Assembly (NCBI GenBank): GCA_021814615.1
Contig: JAKAHZ010000001.1
Coordinates: 31,178 to 95,177, forward strand
Origin: Nitrospirota bacterium
Lineage (GTDB): Bacteria > Nitrospirota > UBA9217
Length of the DNA stretch: 64,000 nt
Reading direction: 5' to 3'
Position 1 is the first letter of the stretch; every line of letters begins with the position of its first letter. The notes under the pieces were generated by a model that saw nothing but the letters and a program-made list of their open reading frames with translations, searched no databases and was not told the DNA's origin. The position numbers and the translations under genes were made by a program. Below are positions 26,819 through 37,855 of the stretch, piece by piece.

Positions 26819-28309
26819 TTACTCAGCCGGTCCGGCCGCATCCACCTTGAAGAAGGCCATCGTGTTTCGGACCTGCATGGTCCGCGCGGAAAGCTGTTCG
26901 GAGGTCGCGGCCATCTCCTCGGCGATCCCGGCGTTCCGCTGGATCACCTGGTTCAGCTGCTGGATCGCCTCGCTCACCTGGCCCGTTCCCGCGGTCTGTT
27001 CGCGGTAGGCCGCGCTGATCTCCTGCACCAGTTCCGCCGTGCGCCGGATGTCCGGGATGAGCTTGCCGAGCAGGATCCCCGTCTGCTCCGCGACCTCGAC
27101 GCTGGACCGGGACAGGTTCGTGATCTCCTCGGACGCAATGCGGCTCCGCTCGGCGAGTTTCCGGACCTCGGCCGCCACGACCGAGAACCCCTTGCCGTGT
27201 TCGCCCGCGCGCGCAGCCTCGATCGCCGCATTCAGCGCCAGGAGGTTCGTCTGGCGGGCGATCTCCTCGACGATCGATATCTTTTCGGCGATCTCCTTCA
27301 TGGCGTCCACCGTGCGGGTGACGGCGGACCAGCTCGCGTTCGCGTCCTCCGACGACCTGGCGGCGATCGTCCCGATCTGGGCTGCGCTCTCCGCGTTCTG
27401 CCTGATCAGGGAAGTCATCTCCTCCATCGACGACGCCGCTTCCTGGATCGACGCCGCGTACCCTGCCGCGCCCTCGGAGACCTGCCGCGCGCCCGAGGAC
27501 AGCTCGGAGCTTCCGCGGGCCACATGGTCGGAAGCTTCCTTGACGTTCGCGACCACCTCCTGCAGGTTGCGGACCATGACCACCATCGCGGAGAACAGCT
27601 GACCGACCTCATCCTTCGATCCGGCCGTGACCGTCACAGTCAGGTCGCCGTTGCTTAGCGCGCCCAGCTTGGACCTGAGCGCGGACAGCCGCTGGAGACT
27701 CCTCCGGACCATGACGGTGACCGCCACGGCAACCGAGAAGATGCCCATGAGGCCCAGCATGATGTAAACGGTCTGCATCGCCCGTATCTTGGCCAGCGGC
27801 GCGGACAAGGGCACCGAAATGCTGATCGCGCCCAGGACCGTTCCGTTGGCAACATCGTGACAGCTGCCGAGACAGTTCTTGCCCATGAAATCGGCCGTCG
27901 CGGTGTAGGGATACACGCCCCGCATGCGGTCGCCGTCCACGACGACCCGTTCCCTGCCGGTTCCCAGGACCTCACGCTCCAGCGCGTCCTTAGCGTAGTC
28001 CTCCGCCGGCCCCCTGCCGTACTGCCGGTCGAGCACCTCGGCGCGCACGATCCGCACGTCGGCGATATGGGTCATCTGCTCCAGGAACGGCCGTTCGGAT
28101 TCCCGATAGCCGCCCGCGATCATCATGGTCGTCAGGGCGTTCTGCATCGTGTCCCGGTAGGCCGGAAGCGTGGAATTCCGCACCTCCTCCATGAGCATGC
28201 GCCGCGTGTTGATCGTGGTGACGAAGACGCTGATGATGATGCCCAGGATGACGAAAAGGATGATCGGGATTGCGATCTTCCAGCGCAAGGACAGGTCCTT
28301 CAACGGCAT
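26819..28309 (-). CDS. Methyl-accepting chemotaxis protein with periplasmic sensor domain bearing CX3CH motif
   Basis: Two TMs, HAMP, MCP signalling domain; periplasmic '[10 protein letters not shown]'; RBS GGGAGG. Confidence 0.8.
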   Translation of the reverse strand: MPLKDLSLRWKIAIPIILFVILGIIISVFVTTINTRRMLMEEVRNSTLPAYRDTMQNALTTMMIAGGYRESERPFLEQMTHIADVRIVRAEVLDRQYGRGPAEDYAKDALEREVLGTGRERVVVDGDRMRGVYPYTATADFMGKNCLGSCHDVANGTVLGAISISVPLSAPLAKIRAMQTVYIMLGLMGIFSVAVAVTVMVRRSLQRLSALRSKLGALSNGDLTVTVTAGSKDEVGQLFSAMVVMVRNLQEVVANVKEASDHVARGSSELSSGARQVSEGAAGYAASIQEAASSMEEMTSLIRQNAESAAQIGTIAARSSEDANASWSAVTRTVDAMKEIAEKISIVEEIARQTNLLALNAAIEAARAGEHGKGFSVVAAEVRKLAERSRIASEEITNLSRSSVEVAEQTGILLGKLIPDIRRTAELVQEISAAYREQTAGTGQVSEAIQQLNQVIQRNAGIAEEMAATSEQLSARTMQVRNTMAFFKVDAAGPAE

Positions 28310-28545
28310 TGCGGTTCCTCCCGGGCAGAACGGATTCGGGGCATATTAACTGAATAAGGATTTTGGGACAAGCCAATAAAAACCAGGCTGGCCTTCTCCC
28401 GGTTATTTTCCCGCGAGAGCGGAAGGAACACTGCCCCATCGGCAGATACCCATGTGAAACGTACGAAGTAAAGCACGACGCTGCAGGCTGAATGAGCCGG
28501 CATGTTTTGCCGTTTTCCGATCCTGCCCATCTCGGCTCTGGTCGC

Positions 28546-29100
28546 ATGCCTCCGCAGGTTTTCGTTGAATTCGGCCGGGTTCTATGCGAATATGCAGCTG
28601 TGAACGGGAAACGGGAAATCGTCGCTGCAGTCATCCTCATCGCGCTCGCAGCGGTCAGCTTTGCGCGCGATGCGGTCTACTCCGATCCGATCCGGCTCTA
28701 CACCGATGTGGTTGCAAAATCCCCCGACAAAGCCCGTCCCCATAACAACCTCGGCCATTACCTGAAGATCGCCGGCCGCCAGGCCGAGGCGCAGGCCCAA
28801 TTCGAGAGGGCGCTCGCCCTGATGCCGGAATATCCCGACGCGCTGAACAACCTCGCAACGATCTACACCAACATCGGCCGGCGGCAGGAGGGCATCGCCC
28901 TGCTCCAGAACTGCCTCCTCCTGAACCCGGCGCATATCCAGGCGCGGTACAACCTTGCCATGCAGTTCTATGAAGGGGGATTTCTGCCCGAGGCGGAGCG
29001 GGAATACTGGAACATCATCAAGATCGCGCCGCAGAGCGGCGAGGCCGCCTTTGCGCAGCGAATGATTCAGATGATCCAGAGCGGGAAAAGGATGCAGTGA
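28546..29100 (+). CDS. TPR-repeat protein
   Basis: Repeated 'AxxxLGxxxxxxGxxxEAxxxFxxAL' TPR units; start uncertain (ATG 28546 or GTG ~28603). Confidence 0.55.
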   Translation: MPPQVFVEFGRVLCEYAAVNGKREIVAAVILIALAAVSFARDAVYSDPIRLYTDVVAKSPDKARPHNNLGHYLKIAGRQAEAQAQFERALALMPEYPDALNNLATIYTNIGRRQEGIALLQNCLLLNPAHIQARYNLAMQFYEGGFLPEAEREYWNIIKIAPQSGEAAFAQRMIQMIQSGKRMQ

Positions 29101-29559
29101 AATCAGAGATGAGTAAGAGCAATAAAAGGCTTGTCTCGCGCAGAGCCGCGGAGACCGCAGAGAACGGCTAGAACCAGAGACGAGAGTCAAAAGATTCTGT
29201 TTAGCTACTATTTATCCGTGCCCTCCATGTTGATCCGTGTCCAATCTTTAATCCGAATTTATCCGCGTTCATCCGCGTCCCAATAGTACTTCTTCGAGTC
29301 TTAGCGTCTTCGCGGCAAAATCTTTTCCTCTCGCAGAGACGCAGAGGAGCAGCGAAAAGCTAAGGATTGGCTCTTGCAAAGACGCAAAGGCGCGAAGAAA
29401 AGCAGCGGCTAAATCCGGGACGACGATCTAAAGACCTCATCCGTGTTCATCTGTGTTGATCCGTGTCCGATCTCTAATCCGAATTTATCCGCGTTCATCC
29501 GCGTCCCACTGGCTCTTCTTCGCGTCTTTTGGTGTCTTTGTGGCAAAGGTTTTTGATTC

Positions 29560-30261
29560 TCACTCAAAATAATTGAACTTCACGATGGCCCAGAGGGCCG
29601 AGAACCCGTCCTTCCACCCGATCTTCTTTCCTTCTTTATAGGACCGCCCGCCGTAGGAGATGCCGATCTCATAGAGCCGGTACCGCCCCCGGGCAACACG
29701 CGCCGTGATCTCGGGTTCGATGGCGAATCTATTCGAGACGAGCTTGGGCGCGATTTCCTGCAGCGCCTTCTTCGTGAACATCTTGTAACACGTTTCCATG
29801 TCGGTAAGATAGAGGTTCGTGAAGGCGTTGGAAAAGGCGGTGAGGAACTTGTTCCCGAGATAGTGCCAGAACCGCAGAACCGCGTGCGGCCTGCCGCTCA
29901 TGAACCGCGACCCGTAGACCACTTCGGCCTTGCCGTCCAGGATCGGCTTGAGCAGGTCGGAAAACTCAGCCGGATCGTATTCCATGTCGGCGTCCTGGAT
30001 CACGATATAGTCGCCTGTCGCCGCCGCAAACCCCGTCCGTACCGCAGCGCCCTTCCCGCGGTTTTTCTCGTGAAAGATGACGCGGAGCGGCGGCTGGAGC
30101 TTGGCGAGATACTCCCGCGTGCCGTCCCGGGACCCGTCGTCCACCAGGATGATCTCCTTCTCGATGCCCGCCGGCAGCGGCGCATCGACCACGCGTTTCA
30201 GGCTCTGTTCGATGGTGCGGATCTCGTTGTACACCGGCATGACGACGGTCAGAACGGCCAT
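29560..30261 (-). CDS. Glycosyltransferase family 2 (polyprenyl-phosphate sugar synthase-like)
   Basis: 'VVMPVYNE', 'LVDDGSRDGT', 'IQDADMEYDP' GT-A DxD motifs. Confidence 0.8.
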   Translation of the reverse strand: MAVLTVVMPVYNEIRTIEQSLKRVVDAPLPAGIEKEIILVDDGSRDGTREYLAKLQPPLRVIFHEKNRGKGAAVRTGFAAATGDYIVIQDADMEYDPAEFSDLLKPILDGKAEVVYGSRFMSGRPHAVLRFWHYLGNKFLTAFSNAFTNLYLTDMETCYKMFTKKALQEIAPKLVSNRFAIEPEITARVARGRYRLYEIGISYGGRSYKEGKKIGWKDGFSALWAIVKFNYFE

Positions 30262-30347
30262 GGGATCTCCTTATATTGGTCTTCCGACTTTCGCGTGGGG
30301 GAGTATCTTGAGATTGTTATGCTGTTACCAGTCCTCAGACGACCCTC

Positions 30348-30520
30348 CGGCCACCTTTCTTGCTTGCCCGAAGAAAGGTGGCGCCCAAGAAGAACACCCC
30401 GCGACTATTCTGTTCCGTCTTGCTCTGTCGTCCTCGGTACATTATAGAAACTCGCCCTGCGGGCCCAGACAGTCTGAAATGTTTCACCCGCGGACTCGGT
30501 CGCATGACGGGAATGTTCGC
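30348..30520. repeat. Copy 3 of ~150-170 bp structured intergenic repeat family
   Basis: Reverse-complement match to 5530-5702. Confidence 0.7.
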
Positions 30521-30672
30521 AGGGGGGGCAGGCAAAACCTTAATAACTGTTACTCAGCATGTTCCCGGAACGTTTTCTACGCGCCTTTGCGTCGCTGCGA
30601 CAAAACAAGCTTTGCTTGTCTAGCTGTTCTCCGCGCCCTCTGCGGCTCTGCGGGAACATGCCCTGGCATTGC

Positions 30673-31260
30673 CTATTTCCAGCGCGGAATATTATACAGC
30701 TTCGTGCAGATCGCGTCGAACTGAATTTCCTCGCTCCGCAGGCGGTCCCGGTATCGCTCGATGTCGCCGTCCCGGCCCTGGAGCTCCGGCGAAACGAGGC
30801 AGAGTTTGAACCCCGCGTCCTTGAGCGTGCGGAAGGCAGCCTTGTCGATCGGGAGCTTCGTAAAGCAGTCCACCCAGACCCAGTCCACTCTTCCCCTGAG
30901 CGCCAGCACCGTGTCCAGCCCCTCATACTCCGAATAGCGGACCGCGATGTTTCGCTCTCCCTGCGACGAGAGCAGCATCATCATGGGAAAGGATGAGTCG
31001 AGGAAGAAGTAATCGCGCACGCCGGCTCGCCGGATCAGCTCCAGCACGCGATGCTCGATCCGTTCGCTCTTGATGTTCAGGATGAGCGTGCCGTGGCGAT
31101 ACCCTGCGAGGTATTCCTCGAAGTCTTCGCCGTCGGTGAACGGGTCGTGCTGCAGGATCAGCCGATCCCCCCGGTCGCGAAGATCAAGCTCCACGCCGTA
31201 TTCCACGGGTACCTTGGCCAGCTCGTCTTTCCTGTTGATGCGGTGGGCGATGAACTTCAT
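30673..31260 (-). CDS. Glycerophosphodiester phosphodiesterase-like (GDPD/PI-PLC superfamily) short protein
   Basis: 'FIAHRINRKDEL...VELDLRDRGDRLILQHD' resembles GDPD His/Glu/Asp catalytic motifs; ATGA overlap with upstream GT2. Confidence 0.4.
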   Translation of the reverse strand: MKFIAHRINRKDELAKVPVEYGVELDLRDRGDRLILQHDPFTDGEDFEEYLAGYRHGTLILNIKSERIEHRVLELIRRAGVRDYFFLDSSFPMMMLLSSQGERNIAVRYSEYEGLDTVLALRGRVDWVWVDCFTKLPIDKAAFRTLKDAGFKLCLVSPELQGRDGDIERYRDRLRSEEIQFDAICTKLYNIPRWK

Positions 31261-31961
31261 GACGACAACCCCTTCTTGAGCCGCACGCTGAAATCGAGCG
31301 TGCGCTTGATGAACTTCCATTTCGACCGGAGGCCCGTGTTCCAGCTCGACGCGCCGTGGATGCGCGGCGGAAACCGCACCGGGAACCGGACGATCTCGAA
31401 TCCCCGCTTCCGCGCGAGGTAGAGCGCGTAGAGATCGAGGGAAAAATCGTCGGGCGGGTTCGTCCAGCTCTCGAGGAACCGGCGCGGAAAGAGGTTCGGC
31501 TGGGCATTGATGTCCCAGAGCCGCTGCCCGAGGTACAGCGTCTCGAACAAGCTCATCCCCACGGTGAACACCTGGTCGAAGAGCGGCCGTCCCCGGCGGC
31601 TGCCCTTGACCAGAATGGCCCCCGGATTGCCGCGACGCTCGATAATCTCCAGCGCGCGCAGCGCATCGGAGGGGTCGGTCTGCAGGTCGGCGTGGGTCCA
31701 TCCCGCGTACTCGCCGCGGGCCGCCGCCAGTCCCTGCCGGATCCCGTAGCCGTATCCGCGGTTCACCGGCACGAGCACGGTGCGCGCGAAGGGATAGCCC
31801 GGCAGCAACTCGTCCAGCACCTTCTGGCTGCCGTCCCGCGATCCATTGTTGACCAGGATCGCCTCGACATCGGGCCGGGTGATCGCCGCCTTCAGCCGCT
31901 CCAGGATCAGCGGGATGTTTTTCGCTTCATCGTAGCAGGGGATGACGAGCGAGAGTTTCAT
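31257..31961 (-). CDS. Glycosyltransferase family 2
   Basis: 'LVIPCYDE', 'VNNGSRDGS' GT-A motifs; 4-bp overlaps on both sides. Confidence 0.75.
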   Translation of the reverse strand: MKLSLVIPCYDEAKNIPLILERLKAAITRPDVEAILVNNGSRDGSQKVLDELLPGYPFARTVLVPVNRGYGYGIRQGLAAARGEYAGWTHADLQTDPSDALRALEIIERRGNPGAILVKGSRRGRPLFDQVFTVGMSLFETLYLGQRLWDINAQPNLFPRRFLESWTNPPDDFSLDLYALYLARKRGFEIVRFPVRFPPRIHGASSWNTGLRSKWKFIKRTLDFSVRLKKGLSS

Positions 31962-33589
31962 GGCTTCTTCCGGTCCCGGTGTTCGTACACGGTCAGATAG
32001 AAGCCGTTCGATCCGTTCTTCGTCTTGTTGCTGAAATCGAGTTCCGTCTCCGACGGCGCCTCGCGCAGGCCCGTGGATTCGAAGCCATCCTCCGCGAGGA
32101 TCGACGCGATCTGCTGCGGGAGCGGCCCCCGGTGGCTCACGAAGACGATTGCCCCGTCGTGAGGAATGCGGCCGATCAGTTCCCGCTGCAACGACGGAGC
32201 GTAGTAATTGAAGTTCGTCACCACATTGTAGTTCCGCATGACCGACGGCATCAGTAGGAGGTTCATGGTCCAGTCGTACTCGATCGCCAGCGCTTTTTTA
32301 TGCGCGGCAAGCACGGAGACGATCTCGCGCTCGTCGAAGGGATCCCGGCGCGACGCGAAGACTCCCGGCGCCGACGCAAGGAAGAGGAGCGCCATGACCG
32401 CGGCAAGGCCGGGTGCAGACCAGGCGCGGAGCCGCGCGGCGATCCCTTCCCGCCTCACCTTGCCGATGAGATACGAAAGCCCCTCGCCGATGCCGATGGC
32501 GAAGAGCGGGAGCAGGATCAGCGTATGACGCGTGGGCCCGAAGGAAAGCCGCCGCATCACGATGAGGACCGCCCAGGTGAGGGCGGTCACGCCGGCGAAG
32601 AGGCCGAGCATCCGCCGATGGCGGTCCTTGGTATCGATGCAGCTCGCCGCACCGGCGATAAAGAGCGCCAGGAGCAGGTATTCCAGAGGCGCGGCGAGGG
32701 GATGGCCCGCCGGAAGCAAAGCCACCGTGTTCCGGAAAACGGCGATACCGTTCTCCCCGAAGAACCGGACCGAGTACCACGCCGCTTCGAGGATCCCGGA
32801 AGGCAGCGAGAAGGCATACTCGCCGTTCACGCCCCCGTTCCAGCTGATATAGGCCGCCTTCTGCGGCACGGTCCTGATGAAGAAATAGTAGAGCGGCGCA
32901 ATGAAGAGAAGCACGACCGCGAGGGTAACGGCAAGGTTCGCTGCGGCATCTCGCATAGCCTCCCGCGATCCGCCCCGGCTCACAAAAAGCGCAATGAAGA
33001 CGCCCGGCAGAAAGAACAGGATCTGGTACTGGGCCGTGCAGAGCACACCCAGGCCCAGGCCCAGGAGCAGCATTCGCGGATAGGTCCAGGCGCCGGGCTT
33101 CAGCATTCCCTGGAGCAGGAGCAATACGGCAACAGCAGCCGGAATGCCGATCGCGTAACTCGACATCTGCTTCGCATAGATGATGTTCTCCCAGGAGAAA
33201 GCGGCTACGGCGACGGCAAGGAGCATCGACGGGAAACCTTCGCTCCCCCGGAAGCGCCAGTACCAGACGGCCAGCAGCGCGAGCCCGAGAGCGCCGGCAA
33301 GGAAAGACGGAAACCGTCCCCACCAGAGCACATCACGGTACGGCTGGTCGGAAGAGATGAGCAGCGCCGTGAGAAGGTACTGGAGCGGCGCATAGGTCGT
33401 CCTGTTCGCCACCGCATAAACCTTGTCAAGATATCCCGCTTCGCGCGGCCCGTCCTGGGCGTTGTTGATCGCCACCGCCACGTTCAGATCGTCGATATGG
33501 CTGAAGTGCGATCCCAGGCCGGCAAGACGGACGGCGATTCCCAGGAACAGCAGGCAGCACAACGCGATGATCCAGGTTCGTTTATTCAT
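31958..33589 (-). CDS. GT-C fold membrane glycosyltransferase (ArnT/PMT-like, family 39/83)
   Basis: Multi-TM with first-loop 'SHIDDLNV' acidic motif and large loops typical of polyprenyl-P-sugar-dependent GT-C enzymes. Confidence 0.65.
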   Translation of the reverse strand: MNKRTWIIALCCLLFLGIAVRLAGLGSHFSHIDDLNVAVAINNAQDGPREAGYLDKVYAVANRTTYAPLQYLLTALLISSDQPYRDVLWWGRFPSFLAGALGLALLAVWYWRFRGSEGFPSMLLAVAVAAFSWENIIYAKQMSSYAIGIPAAVAVLLLLQGMLKPGAWTYPRMLLLGLGLGVLCTAQYQILFFLPGVFIALFVSRGGSREAMRDAAANLAVTLAVVLLFIAPLYYFFIRTVPQKAAYISWNGGVNGEYAFSLPSGILEAAWYSVRFFGENGIAVFRNTVALLPAGHPLAAPLEYLLLALFIAGAASCIDTKDRHRRMLGLFAGVTALTWAVLIVMRRLSFGPTRHTLILLPLFAIGIGEGLSYLIGKVRREGIAARLRAWSAPGLAAVMALLFLASAPGVFASRRDPFDEREIVSVLAAHKKALAIEYDWTMNLLLMPSVMRNYNVVTNFNYYAPSLQRELIGRIPHDGAIVFVSHRGPLPQQIASILAEDGFESTGLREAPSETELDFSNKTKNGSNGFYLTVYEHRDRKKP

Positions 33590-33974
33590 AGGACAAGGCG
33601 CTCCTCCGGAAAACCAGCCATTTCATGCCGATGAAATTCAGCACCGTGCTCGTACCCGTGGCGGCGAGCACGGCGAAAAAAACCGCGCCGGGCAGAAGCA
33701 GCAGGCAAAGTTTGTTGACCAGCACGTTGGCGCCGAGCGTCGTTGCGTAGACCGCGGCGAACCGAACCGCCTCGGCCAGGGACCGGCGCTTCTGTTCGAA
33801 GGTCCAGTGCTTGTTCAGGAAATAGGACACCACGGTGCCGCAGACGAAGGAAACCGCCTTGGCGGGCGAGTGGCTTGTCACGTTCAGGAGCAGATAGTAG
33901 GTCCCCCAGTCCGTTCCGACGGCAAGGGAACCGACAACAAGGAACCGCTTGATCTCTTTCGTCAGTCGATGCAT
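33582..33974 (-). CDS. GtrA-family membrane protein (polyprenyl-P-sugar flippase-like)
   Basis: 4-TM ~130 aa 'FLVVGSLAVGTDWGTYYLLL...KHWTF' GtrA signature; overlaps GT-C gene. Confidence 0.7.
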   Translation of the reverse strand: MHRLTKEIKRFLVVGSLAVGTDWGTYYLLLNVTSHSPAKAVSFVCGTVVSYFLNKHWTFEQKRRSLAEAVRFAAVYATTLGANVLVNKLCLLLLPGAVFFAVLAATGTSTVLNFIGMKWLVFRRSALSYE

Positions 33975-34287
33975 GGTAAAATCACCTTTGCCGCGAGGGC
34001 ACGAAGACACAAAGGAACGGCAGACAACCAAGATGCTATGACCTCAAAAAACGCTGCGCTTGAACTCGCCTTCCCCATGCGGAAAGGATTTTCGCGGGGT
34101 GCCCTTCTTTGGGTCACCTCTTCGTGTCATTGCGACTCGTGATAAACAGCATTTATATGATGAACTCGTAAAAAGGCTTTCGCCACAGAGGTCACCGAGG
34201 ACACAGAGAAAAATATCTTGTTTTATGAAGCATTATCTCTGTGATCTCTGTGTGCTCTGTGGCAGATTTTGACTTTCTACGATTCTG

Positions 34288-35934
34288 TCATATATGCTTC
34301 TGGCAGAACTCCCGGTACTTCCTGTCGAGCTGTCCTACCCTCTCCGGATTCATGGTCACGTCCTTGTCCAGGCGATAGGGATGCCAGGCGCATTTATGAA
34401 AGAAACTCTGCCAGTACTCGTAGGTCCGGAGGTCGTTCGGCGTTCCCCAGCACAGGTAGCTGTCCACCGGGAAGACCTTGACCCGGAGCCCCATGCCGAT
34501 AAGCTCGTTCACCGTGCTGTCCACGTAGAACTCGTTGTTCACCCGCACGTTCCTGTCCGTCATGCGCCGGAGCGCCTCGGTGAAATGCCGAACCTTCCGG
34601 AACCAGAAAGTGCCCACGATCGCGTGATCGTTGTAGGGGTCCATCGAGACGGGCACCTTGACCGAAACGGCTTGCACGTCGTTTTCCCCCGTCGTCCTGA
34701 GCCAGCCGTACATGTGCGGATTCCGCTCAGCCGACGGATGCCTGCGGAAGCTCCAGACCACGGCATCGACCGCAGGGGCCTCCACGAGCCTGCGAAAGGC
34801 CTCACCGTCCCAAAGCATGCCGTTATCGCAGGCGCCGATCAGGAGCTCCGCCTCGGGATCGGCCTTCCGGAGGCCGATGGCGCAGGTGACAGCCTGGCCT
34901 TCCGTCACCGCATCGAGGCGCACCACGTTGGCCTCGGGATAGGCCGCGCGGATCGCCTGCTCCAGCGGATAGGCGCGGGCATGCTCGTCCAGGCAGACGA
35001 AGGTCTGCCGCTCCGCCTTCGGGAGATAGGCCGCGGCCTGCACGATCATGGGCTTCCCGCTCACTTCGATCAGGGGCTTGGGAACGGTGTAGCCCTCTCT
35101 GCGGAACCGCTCCCCTTTGCCTGCCAGCGGGATCAGCAGGATGCTGTTCCTTCGCGCGGCACCGTCGGGCAGCGGCCCGATGATCCTGCGGAAGTAGTCG
35201 GACCAGGCCTGGTACTCCTCCAGATCGCGCGGCGTGCCCCACTGGAGCATGTGCTGGATCTCGTAGATCGAGACCGTAAGTTTGTCGGCAACGAGCAGGT
35301 TATAGACCATGCTCACGTAGTACTCGCCCTTCACGTGAATGTCGGCGTCCATGAGCTTCCGGAAATACTTTTTCACCAGGTCGCCGCGCCGGAAATAGTA
35401 GGTCCCGTCGGAGGCGTACTCCTGCGTCCGGTCCTTGGTGAAGGGCTCCTTCTCGCGGATCTCGAGCATCCACTGTTCGCGATCGCGCATGAAGGCGTAG
35501 TTCGTGCTGCCGAGCATGTGGGGATGGAAGCCTTTATACGCCGGGATCGCGCCGTCGGCCTTCCGGCCCCGCGTGTGGCGAAGGAAACCGGCGTAGTCCC
35601 AGTACTTGGCGAAGTCGCAGTAGTTGACGATCACTTCCTCGTCGTCGGCGATGCGGTCGAAGATCCGGGCCACCGCGTAGACCGGCCCCTTCTTGTGCGG
35701 CGCGATCTCGACGATCTCGCCCGCCGGCGCGGCGCGCAGCAGGATCTCGCGCATCTTCGTGGTCCGCAGGTGGTCGCTGTTGCAGATGAAGGTGAACTTC
35801 GTCTCGCCGGGAAAGAGCGCGATCACGCGCTCGATGATCGTCTTGCCGTCCGCCTCGATCAACGGCTTGGGCAGCGTGTACCCCGCGTCAAGGAAGCGCT
35901 TGCCCGTGCCGGACATGGGAATGATGATGTGCAT
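34288..35934 (-). CDS. Tandem double nucleotidyltransferase (two NTP_transferase/GT-A-like domains)
   Basis: Two G-x-G-x-R-F loops 'IIPMSGTGKRF' and 'LIPLAGKGERF' ~270 aa apart. Confidence 0.6.
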   Translation of the reverse strand: MHIIIPMSGTGKRFLDAGYTLPKPLIEADGKTIIERVIALFPGETKFTFICNSDHLRTTKMREILLRAAPAGEIVEIAPHKKGPVYAVARIFDRIADDEEVIVNYCDFAKYWDYAGFLRHTRGRKADGAIPAYKGFHPHMLGSTNYAFMRDREQWMLEIREKEPFTKDRTQEYASDGTYYFRRGDLVKKYFRKLMDADIHVKGEYYVSMVYNLLVADKLTVSIYEIQHMLQWGTPRDLEEYQAWSDYFRRIIGPLPDGAARRNSILLIPLAGKGERFRREGYTVPKPLIEVSGKPMIVQAAAYLPKAERQTFVCLDEHARAYPLEQAIRAAYPEANVVRLDAVTEGQAVTCAIGLRKADPEAELLIGACDNGMLWDGEAFRRLVEAPAVDAVVWSFRRHPSAERNPHMYGWLRTTGENDVQAVSVKVPVSMDPYNDHAIVGTFWFRKVRHFTEALRRMTDRNVRVNNEFYVDSTVNELIGMGLRVKVFPVDSYLCWGTPNDLRTYEYWQSFFHKCAWHPYRLDKDVTMNPERVGQLDRKYREFCQKHI

Positions 35935-36102
35935 GGTATGGTTAGACCAGGATCATGTTCTCACGAAGCCGCAGAGACACGAAGATAGCCCTATACCCCT
36001 TTCGTCCTTCGTGCCACCCCGTGGACCCGATTTTACAGTGTGCCTTCCACGAAAGCTTAAGCTGCCTCGCCGTGTCTTCCAGTCGCCCGGTTGCCTTGTC
36101 GG

Positions 36103-37197
36103 TCACTTCTTCCTCCGGTACTGCTCCGCCTCCCAGTTGCCGAGATAGCGGAGCTCCTCCGCGTTCAGGGAGCAGGCGCTGCTCCCCGCCGCGGCAAGCG
36201 TCATGAGCTGAAACTTGCAGACTTCCTCCGCCTCCCGTGCCTTGCGCACGCTCGCACCGGTGAAAAAAAGCTTCTCTCCAAACAACACGACGCGAGGAAG
36301 CTCGCCGTACTGTTCCACATAGCGTGTCACGGGATCGCGGTCGTCGAGACTCATGATCTCCACTGCCGTGGGGCCGCAGTACACCATGCCGTCGGGGCAG
36401 AAGGGAGCCGTGAACAAAAGCTGCCGATGGTCCTTGACGAGCGCGGCAAGGTCCGCGTCGCAGGAGAGATAGCTGACCACGCCGGAGCCGCCGTCATTCA
36501 CGAGCAACGAGATCCTGTTCGTCAGTTTGAATCGCTCCAGGTCAAGGCCGAAGGCCTTTTCGAGCGCAGCACAGACACGCTCAGTCGCATCCCCTGCCTC
36601 GTCCGCATCGTCGCCGCTTGTGATCAGGCCGTGGTTCTGGAGAAAGAGGACCTGCGGCTTTCGTCCCCGCTCACGGACCGCATCATCGACCGCCCGCTTG
36701 AGCAGAAGCGCAAGTTCGAGACCCGGCGTGCCGTAGGGCACGAACACAGCGTCCCCGCCAACCGCTTTCGCCAGCGTTTCCTTCCAGTCGCTCCGGCAGG
36801 CAGCGATGTTCACGACCAGCGGATGGGTGTGGAGCGTGAACCGGTCCAGCACCGCGTGCAAGAACGTCTCGATTGAGGGACGGGACCCCTGGTCCGTCGC
36901 GCAGGCCAGAAGCCTCTTCGTCGCCACGGCATCGCGCTCCCGCTTGTCCGGGATCGCCGCGAGCGTTGGATCGTCCAGGAGCGCCAGAACCGCAGCGAGA
37001 TCGACGCGGCTGTAGCCGCTGTTTTCCGTTACCTCGCTCAGCTGCACGCCCGACGCCTTGATGAGCATCGTGCCGTCGCCGTGCTTGACCGACGTGTTCC
37101 CGCCTCCGGCCTGGATCAGGTCGAACCGCTCGCCGGCCCTGCGGGACATGCGGACGAATGACGCCGTTGCTTCAGGAAAGGTGGCTGAGGATCTCAC
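36103..37197 (-). CDS. Class II aldolase/adducin-domain protein with C-terminal extension
   Basis: 'LIQAGGGNTS' and 'HTHP' class II aldolase zinc-site motifs. Confidence 0.6.
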   Translation of the reverse strand: MRSSATFPEATASFVRMSRRAGERFDLIQAGGGNTSVKHGDGTMLIKASGVQLSEVTENSGYSRVDLAAVLALLDDPTLAAIPDKRERDAVATKRLLACATDQGSRPSIETFLHAVLDRFTLHTHPLVVNIAACRSDWKETLAKAVGGDAVFVPYGTPGLELALLLKRAVDDAVRERGRKPQVLFLQNHGLITSGDDADEAGDATERVCAALEKAFGLDLERFKLTNRISLLVNDGGSGVVSYLSCDADLAALVKDHRQLLFTAPFCPDGMVYCGPTAVEIMSLDDRDPVTRYVEQYGELPRVVLFGEKLFFTGASVRKAREAEEVCKFQLMTLAAAGSSACSLNAEELRYLGNWEAEQYRRKK

Positions 37198-37855
37198 GAA
37201 GGTCCTTTACTTCCGTTGCGTTCGCCGGGAGCGGATGGGTCTCCCCCGACCGGTTGAGCCAGAATGACGGGATGCCGAGGCCCGACGCGCCCAGGATATC
37301 CCGGGCGAAACTGTCGCCGACCATGCAGACCCGGCCCGCGTCCATGCCGAGCTTCCGGAGCGCAAGCAGGAAGATCCAGGGATGGGGCTTCTCCCTTCCC
37401 GCCTCCTCGCTCGTGACCACGTGGCGGATGCGTCCGGCAAGCCCGAGCCTCTCGATCTTCCGGTACTGGATATGGGCCGTAAGATCGCTCACCAGGCAGA
37501 TCGGCCGGTTCCCTACACTGTCCAGGAACGACCGGGCGGCGGCGTCCATGATCATGTGCTCCAGAAACACGTCCCAGTACCGGGTGTAGAGCGCGAGGGC
37601 GTGCGCAAGAGGATCGGCGTCCAGGAGCTCGAGCATGCGCTGGAAATAGAGCAGCCGGTTGTGCGATGCCGCGGTCTCGGCGAGTTCGCGGTGCACCTGG
37701 CGGCGGCCGGCGGAAAAGGCCTCCCGGCAAGCGGCAGCGGAAACGCCGCAGCGCTCATGGGCAAGGCGGATCGCCGCTTCGAGCGCGGGCCGGTGCGCGG
37801 CCTCATAGTCGTAGAGCGTGTTGTCCAGGTCCAGGAGGATGCCGTCACACTTCAC
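37172..37855 (-). CDS. HAD-superfamily hydrolase (subfamily IA)
   Basis: Motif I 'LLDLDNTL', motif III/IV 'MVGDSFARD'. Confidence 0.75.
   Translation of the reverse strand: MKCDGILLDLDNTLYDYEAAHRPALEAAIRLAHERCGVSAAACREAFSAGRRQVHRELAETAASHNRLLYFQRMLELLDADPLAHALALYTRYWDVFLEHMIMDAAARSFLDSVGNRPICLVSDLTAHIQYRKIERLGLAGRIRHVVTSEEAGREKPHPWIFLLALRKLGMDAGRVCMVGDSFARDILGASGLGIPSFWLNRSGETHPLPANATEVKDLREILSHLS

Noticed and set aside
36103-37855. Assignment of the class II aldolase + HAD pair as MtnB/MtnC (methionine salvage)
   Set aside because: The aldolase-family protein is 364 aa (MtnB is ~200 aa) with a large extension. No mtnA/mtnD/mtnK are nearby and the context is a glycosylation locus. I kept generic family calls.
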